This document shows positions 38,194 to 48,039 of a stretch of 64,000 bases of DNA, piece by piece. This DNA comes from Vicugna vicugna (lineage: Eukaryota). The number at the start of each line of letters is the position of its first letter. Within the stretch, counting starts at the first letter, position 1. The notes below the pieces were generated by a model. That model was given only the letters and a program-made list of their open reading frames with translations. It did not search any database and was not told the DNA's origin. The stretch is taken from NCBI GenBank assembly GCA_013265495.1, contig MU059820.1, positions 1,638,722 to 1,702,721 on the forward strand, read 5' to 3'. The translations under genes were made by a program, and so were the position numbers.

Positions 38194-38934
38194 AGCATTT
38201 TTAGGTGTCCTTTTCAGCTCTTAAAATTCAAAACAGAAATGGGAATTACACTTGAGGCCAGTTTACTTTCCTTCCAGCGGCTGGCTCATTGACATGGCTA
38301 TGCCTCCAGGAAAAATTCTGGGACCAGGAGGAATTCTGGAGGAATCAGGAAGGCCACCGTTTTCTGGATAGTAATTCTGTGGAACTAGAAGTTCCATCCC
38401 ATAGTGGCCTTGGAAAACCATGCCCAGGAGCTCTCCTCTGGCGTGGAGGCCCCTGCTGTTGGAGACACTGGGGCGCAGAGGGAGGTGCAGGGGGCAGGGC
38501 CTTTGCCCCCAGCAGCTCACGGTTCAGGGAACTTGCCCTCCCTGCCCCTGCCCATCACCACCATAAGCAGGGCCTTGCTTCACAGCACTCTAGCCTGGGA
38601 TCATTTCAGACAGCTAATCAAGTTCGACAGACTGGACAGGGAGCTGGAGCAAACCAAGAGTGTTGTGACTAAGTGTCTAGGATTTCAATTTGGATTGATA
38701 TGTTGATTGTCACCATGGGTCACAGAGAAGAAGAAAAAAAAATCTATGTCTGTTTTTGGTCTCTGTATCTAAGCCTCATTCATCATAGCAGAATCAGGAA
38801 AGGTCGGAGATAATAAAATCTCCACAGCTTCTGCTGTTTGAACGCTAAGACAAAACACTTGGGATAAACTGGCTTCACTGTATCCGGCTTGAGATAATAA
38901 TGGAGAAGTTTCAGGAATATTGTGATTTCCAGGG

Positions 38935-39057
38935 TTTTTTTGGGGGGGTGGTGTGGAGAATTAGGTTTATTTATTTTTTGATGGAGGTGCTGCAGATTGA
39001 ACCCAGCACCTCGTACATGCTGAGCACACACTCTACCACTGAGCTACACCCTCCCCC
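38935..39057 (-). mobile_element. tRNA-derived SINE, camelid Vic-1-like
   Basis: Reverse complement reads GGGGAGGGTGTAGCTCAGTGGTAGAG...GGGTTCAATCT...AAATAAATAAACCTAATT. Confidence 0.88.
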
Positions 39058-39189
39058 TGGGAACACGGTGAGAAATAAGGGGAAGTGTAAAGTACAAAAG
39101 AAGAAAAAGGAAAACACTATTGTCATATTCCTGGGGGACTTACAAACACTGCAAGGAGTAGATTAGCCAGCATTGCCTGTTGTCACTTC

Positions 39190-39670
39190 ATTATTTTTGA
39201 GATAAAATTCATGCATATAATATGTAATATAACACAATATAAAATTCATCATTTTAACTACTCAGTGGTTTTTAGTGTAGATCTGTAGTCATGTGCAACT
39301 ATCAGTTTCATCTAATCCCAGAAGACTGTCTTCATCCCAAGTAGAAGCCTGGTGTCCATTAGCCATCATACCCAGCCCCCCTCACCCTCCAGCCCCAGGC
39401 AAGCACGAATCTGCTTTCTGTCACAAGAGATGTGCCTGTTCTGGACACTTTACATCAGTGGAATCATGCGATATTCATTCCTTTTAAAATGTCTGCGGAG
39501 TTGAGGGATGGTATCTAACTTGGGCATTTATTCTTTGGTGAATTGTTTATTTTTGTCTTTTGCCCACATTACTTTTAGGTCGTCGTGTTTTCATTAATCT
39601 AGATGTACTCTTTATATATTAAGGCTACTAATTCCTTGGTGAGCACATTTGCAGCCATTTTTCTTCTGCA
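39190..39670 (-). mobile_element. Old LINE-1 (L1M) fragments
   Basis: tttttgagataaaattca...aaaattcatcatttta...tgtgcaactatca...tgcctgttctggaca.tt...gtggaatcat, then a tcttttgcccac/tatatatt segment. Confidence 0.72.
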
Positions 39671-40853
39671 AGGGGAGCATTTTGCTATAGGTGTTAAAGT
39701 GGATGATGAAGAGACACCCTCAAAGTGAGAAGAAGCCACAAAAGGCAGTGGAGAGCCCAGGAGGGTTTGGGCGGAGGGCAAGGGGGCTCTGGCTGGTACT
39801 ACAAGATGAAGGCAGAGTTTCCCCGTCTGTGAGCTTCCCAGGGTTTCCTCCAGTGTCAGCTGGTTGCCAACACAGACCAGCCCCTTTGGCCATCTCCCCA
39901 AGCCCCTGGGAAGGCTGCTAGTTAGGGCTTTGGGGCCAGCCCTGCCTTGAGAAGCAGGAGTGTCCTGCCAGTGACCTGGGCAGGCATGGGCACCTTTTTA
40001 GGCTTGCGCTGGCCTCCCCCTCCCTGGGGAAGGTTAGCTCCTGCTTTCTTCTCTCCACTGCCCACCTGAAGCTTCTGGTCCTTTTCTCCCTCCAGGCCTC
40101 CTCCGTCCCAGCTCCCCTGAAGGCCCTAAAGGAGGGGGTCGGTGCGGCTTAGTTGCCTCCAGAGGCTTTGGAAGCAGGCTGCCCAGCCGTCCGGAGTTTG
40201 CACCCCTGCATGGAAGACAGGCCCACAGGCCCGGTTCTCAGAAACGTCCATCACATGTTCACAGCGTCTCCCACGTGAACAAAATAGGAAATAAACACAT
40301 GGGCCGGGGAAAGCTAGGGTTACTGGGGAGAGACAGAAATGGCCACAGAGTAACAACGGGCTTCACTGCGGAGACGCACGCGTTCTGGGGAACAGCAAAC
40401 GGCGGCAACAATCTGACACTTAGCTGAAGGCACTTAACTTACTGTTTTGTTGAAATAACTACATCGCTCCTCCCGCCCCTTGAGCAGAGGTTCGGGGATT
40501 AGAACATATCGGTGGTGTTTTGTAAACTCAAAAGCCAAACCAGTTCTATCACTCTGCCAGGTGCCAGTGTTGTGTGGGGACTGATTGCTTCTCCCAGGGA
40601 AAGCGGTGACTATAATGAGAGTTCCTCACAGGGGAGGGGAGAGCCGACTCCGTGGACCCCAGGGAACTGTAGGCAAAACTCTTGCCTGTGTGCGTGTGGC
40701 GTGCAGACAGGCCCGCAGCTTCCTGTGGAGGAGCCCCGCCCTTCGTCAGGTTCTCCAAGGTGGAGGAAGGTCTTCCAGGGTCAAGGTCATCAGCAGGGGG
40801 CAGCCTCCCCCCAGCAGGGCCTGCTAACTGTCCCTTGGGATTCATGTCACCTT

Positions 40854-41017
40854 NNNNNNNNNNNNNNNNNNNNNNNNNNNNNNNNNNNNNNNNNNNNNNN
40901 NNNNNNNNNNNNNNNNNNNNNNNNNNNNNNNNNNNNNNNNNNNNNNNNNNNNNNNNNNNNNNNNNNNNNNNNNNNNNNNNNNNNNNNNNNNNNNNNNNNN
41001 NNNNNNNNNNNNNNNNN
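40854..41017. other. N-gap (164 nt) hiding SIM2 exon 8
   Basis: Read directly. Confidence 0.99.
40858..41005 (+). CDS. SIM2: SIM2 coding exon 8 (PAC motif), inferred to lie entirely within N-gap 40854-41017
   Basis: Not visible. Exon 7 ends in phase 1 and exon 9 starts in phase 2, so a 3n+1 exon is required. The recalled 148-nt exon fits in the 164-N gap. The gap is preceded by a CTAAC branch-point match (ctgctaac, 40821-40828) and a pyrimidine-rich stretch. No exon-8-like sequence seen elsewhere in intron 7. Boundaries approximate. Confidence 0.7.
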
Positions 41018-41088
41018 CAGACGTATTTGTTTCTCTCCTTGCTCTCTCCTTCTCCCCGTCCCTCGTCAAATTGCTCCCATGAACACCA

Positions 41089-41129
41089 TCTCTCTCTCTC
41101 TCTCTCTCCCGCTCTCTCGCTCTCTCTTT
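41089..41129. repeat. Interrupted (CT)n microsatellite
   Basis: tctctctctctctctctctccc gctctctcgctctctctttc, read directly. Confidence 0.8.
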
Positions 41130-42430
41130 CTGGAGCTGTTCATTTGTCTCCTGTTTTGTTTTATTGAACACGCTGGTTGTTTGGGAGGGTCCAACCTATT
41201 TGTACACGCAGCATTGAGGGCCAGGTGTTAGGCAGCGGTGGGGACATGGCCAGGAGTGTCCCGCCCCCGGTGTGGCTTAGGATGGGACCACACAGCCCAG
41301 ATGAAGGGTGAGGGCGGGCGGGGGACGCCCCCCACCTTGAACAGGATGGAGAGGGATGCACATCCCAGACCAAGATTACAAACTGACAGTCTCTGTGCCC
41401 ACAAAACTTGGGTCATCCTGCGTGCTCCTGCCATTTGAGAAAGAAGCTACCTCCCAGCTTTTTCCTTGTCTTCCTACATAGCCTGTTGTAAACGGTGGTG
41501 AATACTGAGTGCCTTTAAAACCCCAGAAGGTCAAGTTCAGTCCTAAATACTTTTAAGACCATTAGAAGCAGCAGGACAGAGGTCTACCCCGGATCATTAT
41601 TACTCTCCTCCCACCATGGCTGTTGCGTGTTAAATCGCTTTGCAGCCAGCTCTGGCCCTGCACTTGGGACCCTTACAGATCCCCAAGCCCCACCCTGAAC
41701 AGGCCCTCGCGTGCGTTCTGATGCAGTGAGGATTCAGGCTCCCTCTTCTTTCATAGATTGGTGGACAGGTTCCTGGCGAGGTGGGTGGCAGGGGAGGGGT
41801 TTTGTTTGTATTTTGGGTTTTTTAGGGATAGAGTGATTTTAGCAAAGCTGCAGGGGACCCTTAACGAGTCTTTCTCGGCACACAGGTGTGGGCTGGGGCT
41901 GGGACTTTGGGTAACGCTCCCCTCCCATGAATCTGACCTGCCCAGTTGGCTCTTTAGGGCAGAAATGGGTCCCTGATGTGGAAGTGGACAAGGCCAGAAG
42001 CCAGGCTCCTGGACCCTCAAGGCTCCCCACTCATACCTCCCCGGGGCTAAACGGAAAAGCGGCTGGGCCACAGACACTCAGTGATCAGTGGTGTTTCTGC
42101 CTTTTCCTTTTCGCCCTGACACCCTTCCTACTGGCGCATTGTGTCCCCAGGAAATGTGTTTGGGGCCTTGTGGGATGGGAGAGCTACACAGTGCTCCCTC
42201 GACTCCTGCCAAATGACACTCACCTCGCTCAGCATTCCCCAGGTCTTCGAGCCTGGGGCTGCGGTGTGGCTTTTATAACGAGGGTGAGCCGTCCCTCAAA
42301 GTCCATCCACGTTGACCTCAGTGAAATGACACAGTGGAGCTTTGCCAACGAGCTCGCCAGGGGATGGTCCCAGGGAAGCCATCCTTCCTCGCAGCCCGCG
42401 GACATGACCTGTCCCCTCCTTGCTCCTCAG

Positions 42431-42599
42431 GGATATTGAATACAAGGAACTGCAGTTGTCCCTGGACCAGGTGTCCACGTCCAAGTCCCAGGACTCCTGG
42501 AGGACCGCCTTGTCTACCTCACAAGAAACTAGGAAATTAGCTAAACCCAAAAATACGAAGATGAAGACAAAGCTGAGAACAAACCCTTACCCTCCACAG
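42431..42599 (+). CDS. SIM2: SIM2 coding exon 9 (contains the nuclear localisation signal)
   Basis: ctcctcag|G GAT ATT GAA... encodes DIEYKELQLSLDQVSTSKSQDSWRTALSTSQETRKLAKPKNTKMKTKLRTNPYPPQ; donor CAG|GTAACG; 169 nt. The basic stretch ending in PY (42531-42590) matches the described SIM2 NLS. Confidence 0.98.
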
Positions 42600-43158
42600 G
42601 TAACGCACACCACCGCAGGGGTTGGGGCACCTTAAGGAACGTCAGGCCTCTGACTGCACAGTGGGGGCTGGAGGGTCTCCCTGCCCAGAAGGTTTCCTGT
42701 GGAGTGATGCAAAGTCCCTCTGGGATGTCTTGGCCTGAGGAAGGCAAGCAAAGCTAACATCCAGGTGGACAAGTCAGGTCTAGGAAACAGAAGATTCAGT
42801 TGGGAAGGCTGATCAGCTGCTGGAATCCACGTAAACGTGGCTCAGCACAGTGATGCCTTGTGTTTCTCTAGCATTTTGTTTTTAAGGGAAACTTTCCCTC
42901 TCTTTTTAAGAGTCGTTTGCAAGCTCTCAGAAGCAGTAAGTGGGTATCTGGTGCGTTGTCACTCGGGGCGAGGAGATCTCTTTCCACCCAGGGGGTGGGT
43001 CCCTGGGGTGCCATCTGCCAGGCACCTGTCCCCAGTGGGACCTTGAGGCAGAGGCCAGGGTGGGTCCAGCCCTGGGATGGGGCGGACACTACAGCATCGG
43101 AAGGCAGTTTGCTGCTGGCCCCTCTGTGGGCCCTTCATCCGTCTTCTCTGCTCTGCAG

Positions 43159-43567
43159 CAATACAGCTCGTTCCAAATGGACAAACTGGAATGCGGCCAG
43201 CTCGGAAGCTGGAGAGCCAGCCCCCCCGCCAGCGCCCCGGCGCCCCCAGAACAGCAGCTCCATTCAGAAGGCAGCGACCNNNNNNNNNNNNNNNNNNNNN
43301 NNNNNNNNNNNNNNNNNNNNNNNNNNNNNNNNNNNNNNNNNNNNNNNNNNNNNNNNNNNNNNNNNNNNNNNNNNNNNNNNNNNNNNNNNNNNNNNNNNNN
43401 NNNNNNNNNNNNNNNNNNNCGCTTTCTGCTGAGCACGCTGCCAGCCGGCGGCGAGTGCCAGTGGCACTACGCCAACCCCCTAGTGCCGAGCAGCCCGTCT
43501 CCAGCTAAGAGCCTTTCCGAGCCGCCGGTGAACACGGCTCGGCACGGCCTGGTGCCAAACTACGAAG
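43159..43567 (+). CDS. SIM2: SIM2 coding exon 10 (interrupted by N-gap 43280-43419)
   Basis: ctctgcag|CAA TAC AGC... encodes QYSSFQMDKLECGQLGSWRASPP..., and after the gap RFLLSTLPAGGECQWHYANPLVP...LVPNYE. Frame is preserved across the gap; donor AAG|GTGGGT; 409 nt. Confidence 0.96.
43280..43419. other. N-gap (140 nt) inside SIM2 exon 10
   Basis: Read directly. Confidence 0.99.
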
Positions 43568-44067
43568 GTGGGTCCTGTTTGCATGAGGGGAGGGGGCAGG
43601 GCTGGGACCAGCGGCGGTGGCGGTCCTGGGTGGCAGATGGAAAAAGAATCCTCCCACTTGGGGCCGCGGCTTTCCCTTTTCTCTGCTGCTGAGTGGGAAC
43701 TGCGATGCTTTCCTGCCCTCACTGCGAGTGCTTCCCGGTAGTGAAAAAAGCTGGGTGACAGTCGGTGGGCCTTGTGGGCACCAGGAACAGCGGAGAAGGC
43801 AGAGAGAACCAGGTGTTCGGCCACCCACCGTAAAAATCCTGGTCCTGTTTGCTCCCCACAAGGGAGACAGAATGATTTTCCTATGTACTGAGAACCCCCA
43901 GCTGTCATTATTTTATAAGATTACTTTCTACTCCATCCAGAGATGAATATGGGACACTACTGGTTTTCTTCCCACACCTGTTTTCAAACTGTGGAAAACA
44001 GTGGTGGAAAATCACAGGCTCAGGGACAGAAATGCCACTCACCCTCCCAGGGCAAATAACACCCCCC

Positions 44068-44140
44068 AGGACTCAGTTTTTTCATCTGTAAAATGGGATT
44101 ATAAGCCATGTCAGTTGCCTACAGCAGGGCTTGGCACGCA
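44068..44140 (+). mobile_element. MIR SINE relic
   Basis: ctcagttttttcatctgtaaaatgggatt...gcttggcac. Confidence 0.65.
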
Positions 44141-45305
44141 GACAGGAATGGCCTTCCATCCAGCTTCTCCCGGAGGCAGGCAAGGAGAGGTCCTCCGTGG
44201 AGGTGCCAGCAGCTGCCCCAGGCCCCGACAGATTCCTGTTTGCTCAATGGGACAACCCCCAGGCAGAGGGTAGACGGTGGGAGTTGTGGGTCGGCTGTAA
44301 GAGGTGTGTTCCTGTTTTATCCAGATCTAACTGTCGCTCAGAATGTAGACCAGGTTTGTGCAAATGTCCTGCAGGGACCACTAAATGCCGGGTGAATGTT
44401 ACAAGCCCCAGAAAAGAGCCACCTGCTTAAAGAGGAGAGCCCCTTGGAGTCCCCATCCCCCACCTAACTTTCTCTCTTTGGAGGCAGGTGGGGCTCTGCT
44501 GCTCCCTGAGCTGCTTTGCTGATCTCTTGCTCTGTGCTGTGACTGTCTTTACAAGGCTTTGACATACACTTTGTCTTCAAACATGACAAGAGGGCTAGAT
44601 CCCAGGAGAAATCTAACCTGGAGATTACCAGGACATGTTTTTCAAAAGTAGCAGTTTAAAAAAGAACATACGAGCCACCAGGGAGAACATACTAGCAACC
44701 AGGGCTGTGCAGTCCTGCCTTCTGGCCTCAGCCAGCCCCAGGAGCCACTGATTTCTCAGATTTGGATCCCCAATACCCATCAGTGCATTGGGTCCCTCGA
44801 ATAACCAAGAAAGGGATTTCTTGCACAGCCAAGGAAAGAAAAACAAAGCAAAAGGTTTTGGTAACAGCTGAGAATATTACCTACTTGAGATTGACTTGAA
44901 AGAATTATTTTGCTTTGTGTGTGGAAGTTGACCAATGAGATAACACAGCATTTGATTTTTTTTTAATTGCTGTTTTGAAAGTGAAAGAGATTAATAACCA
45001 CTTCATTTGTCAGACGCTTGGTAAAAAAATGGACCAAAGGTGCTAATTGGGGGCAATTTGTGATCGACTTCCTAGCCTTTTTGATATTAAAGGAAGACAA
45101 AGGATGTCTTAAGGTTAAAAAGAGGCGGGGGCTGGGGGGGGGGAATAATTGATTGCAGACATCTAATTAGTGAGAGTGGTTATTACTTTAATTATGACAG
45201 TACTAAAGGGAGCAGGGTGATTACCACTCTGCCCTCTTCATAGAGGGATAAGCAAAAAAGATCAGGGCAGACTGGGACCACCTAACACGAGGGCCATGGA
45301 AGCCT

Positions 45306-45552
45306 CTACGCTGTCCAATATGGTGGCCACCAGCCCCGAGGGTGTGCCCGGAGTATCTGCACTGCAGTTCGAAGACAGAAACAAGGAATACACTACCTCC
45401 ATGCTTTTTATATTGATTCCTATTGAAATGCTATTTCGGCTATGTTGAATTAAATTAAGTATCTTACTAACATTTACTCCACCTGTTTCTCTTCACTCTT
45501 TCCTGCGGCTGCTAGAACATTTCATCTTGCATCTTGCGATTGGACAGAGCGG
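45306..45552 (-). mobile_element. MER33-like (MER3/MER33 hAT-Charlie) relic
   Basis: Terminal inverted repeats gctgtccaat ... attggacag, with an internal AT-rich body like the recalled MER33 consensus. Confidence 0.78.
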
Positions 45553-45698
45553 GTCCGGGACGCAGGCGGGGAAGGGGCGAGGGCGGCTGCGGAAGTCGAG
45601 CGCGCGGGCGGCGCGGGTGGTGGGCTGCCCAGGGGTGGTGGCGGCCCCCGGCCCCCTCGGGTGGGTGATGCTTTGGACAGGTCCCCTTCCTCCCCCTC

Positions 45699-45861
45699 NN
45701 NNNNNNNNNNNNNNNNNNNNNNNNNNNNNNNNNNNNNNNNNNNNNNNNNNNNNNNNNNNNNNNNNNNNNNNNNNNNNNNNNNNNNNNNNNNNNNNNNNNN
45801 NNNNNNNNNNNNNNNNNNNNNNNNNNNNNNNNNNNNNNNNNNNNNNNNNNNNNNNNNNNNN
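45699..45861. other. N-gap (163 nt) hiding the SIM2 exon 11 acceptor
   Basis: Read directly. Confidence 0.99.
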
Positions 45862-46061
45862 CCGGCCAAGGCCGCCCGCCAGGCCACCCGGGACGGGGCC
45901 CGCCTGGCGCTGGCCCGCGCGGCCCCCGAGTGCTGCGCGCCGCCGGCCCCCGAGCCCCAGCGCTGCGGCCCCGGCCCCCGGGCCCCGCCGCCGCCTCGCC
46001 GCCGGGCGCGCCCCTGCCGCACTACCTGGGCGCCTCGGTCATCATCACCAACGGCAGGTGA
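45770..46061 (+). CDS. SIM2: SIM2 coding exon 11 (Pro/Ala-rich C-terminus); visible from 45862, apparently with an internal frameshifting deletion
   Basis: 45862-45954 encodes PAKAARQATRDGARLALARAAPECCAPPAPE. 45960-46061, in a different frame, encodes ALRPRPPGPAAASPPGAPLPHYLGASVIITNGR* (TGA 46059-46061). The acceptor is in N-gap 45699-45861, so the start is an estimate. Confidence 0.85.
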
Positions 46062-47030
46062 CCCGCCCGGGCCGGACCGCGGGGTCCCGGGCCGACCCCG
46101 CCTCGCGCAGGGCTGCCTGCGGGGAGAAGCCATAGGCCAGCCTCTTCGGCTCCCACTTCGCCAAGTCCAGAGTCAGGAGGGGCGAGCTGTATATGCACGA
46201 TTTAAATTAATTTATACAGAGACAACTATTTTAATAGAACTCTGCCGCCGACTTTAGATTTGTACCGTAGATGCCATAAACGCCGGTGTAGAGGACGGAG
46301 ACACGGCGATGCTGGGGAGACGTGACCGCCCGACCTGCGTTCTCCGAGAGCCAGGTTTTCCGAAAGGGGTAGCTGAGCGTCCCCGACGTCCCACGTGTGG
46401 CCTCCACTACTCTGTCTTTGGGGGGACTTGGTTTCCTCACCTTGAAATCAGGCTTGCGCCCCTTGCCTTGTCCCCGATGCTCGGTAACAGCCCCTCCGGG
46501 GGATTGAAGGAGCCCTCCGCTCTAAGAAGGAGAGCCCGCGCTGATACAGCCAGCTACGCCGGCGGGTGGCCGACCGGGAGACAGGAAGCCTCCGGTACTC
46601 AGAGCCCGTTTAGATTCTTCAGTCAAGGCTGAATGTGATGATTTAAGCCCCATGAATTTTGGACAACTCCGCTGTCTTTAAAAGTCATTCATGAGTCTCA
46701 TTAAAAGTCGTTTTAATTTAACCCTTTCTTTAATACGAAAATCAACAAGCCGAGACCAAGGGGGTGGACGTGGGTGTGCTCCACAAGTCACGAGCTCTTA
46801 CTGCCTCCTAACCCATGTGAACTCTTGATACCACCAAGAATAGCACCTTTAGAATATATGGAACAGGCATTAAATGCAAAAATCTATATAGCCAGGTATT
46901 TTATGAGAATGACATGTGGATGATTGAGATGCCCAATGGATTGGCTACCCCATCAAGTTTGATGACAAGGCAGAATCCCTCCGGCCCACACCTGCAATTC
47001 CCTAGGCTCGTGTTTGCTACAAGTAGTGCT

Positions 47031-48039
47031 AATAAAGTTAGTTAAATTGCATGTGCAATATGGAAAATTGTCAATGGACTGTGCCTCGTGGAAGAAAACA
47101 TGCTAAAGGGATGTAACGAAAATGATGTATACATTGTCTTCAGCATTTTCTGCATTTTATACAGGGCAAGAAAACTCCCTATGAACATGTCATGTGTGTA
47201 ACAGGTAAACAAATCTTTTTATAAAGCACCAGCAGTGTTTTTAAAATAAACTTCCATTAATTTCCATTTATTTTTATACTTTGCTTCAAGATTTCACCAT
47301 TTAAAAATCCTACAATGGCTCTGAAGTGGATCAGTGTATTGAACCAGCCACCATCTTTCAATCTGCTGCACACTGAACACTCCATCATTTTCTGCTTTTT
47401 CAAAGACAGTTTACTTTTAGGAAACTATACCCACCTTTCTGAGGGGAAAGGTTTTCATAAATGTCTTTTAAGTCTCTGTTCTAGAATCAAAGTTCACCTA
47501 TATCAGCTGTTCTCAAAATGTGAAATGATCTGTTGCCAAGCCAGTATCACTATGAGGACCTGCCTCGTCCCCTAACACGGTGTAAGTTTGCCTTACCTTA
47601 CAATTTGCAAATTTAGGAACGTGTGTCTTGCAGTAAAGAGGCAGAGTCGTAAGAATTGAATGCATACACGTCTACGCTGCACTTAGCCATACGTCATGAG
47701 CAGCTTTTTGGGAGTGTGTGCACACAGAAACTAAGCCTGGGGTATTATTTTTATGCTGACAAGACCCGTAACTAAACCATGATTCCTGGACGGTGCAGGT
47801 TTGATGAACAAGAGATATCCCCTGACATTTTCCAATAAAGTACCATAAATGCTTTTGTGTTGACCTTGTTATTAGCCATCGGGTGGGTGGGGGGTGCTGT
47901 ACACAGTAAATACAAAGCATGAAGGCTTTCAGAGCAGTTTAAGATCAAAGGTTACTGTTAGGAAAGAAGACCGTTACAGATTTATAAATGATAACACAAA
48001 TAGGCTTAACCATGAGTGTGTGTGTACTTCAAAAATAAA
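47031..48039 (+). terminator. Candidate SIM2 poly(A) signals: AATAAA at 47031-47036, 47245-47250, 47834-47839, 48034-48039
   Basis: Canonical hexamers downstream of the SIM2 stop. TGTA (CFIm-type) elements lie upstream at 47197-47200 and 48023-48026. Usage cannot be determined from sequence. Confidence 0.6.

Larger units (their letters stand above)
45550..46570. promoter_or_regulatory. CpG island over SIM2 exon 11 and proximal 3'UTR
   Basis: Extremely GC- and CpG-rich on both sides of gap 45699-45861. Confidence 0.85.
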
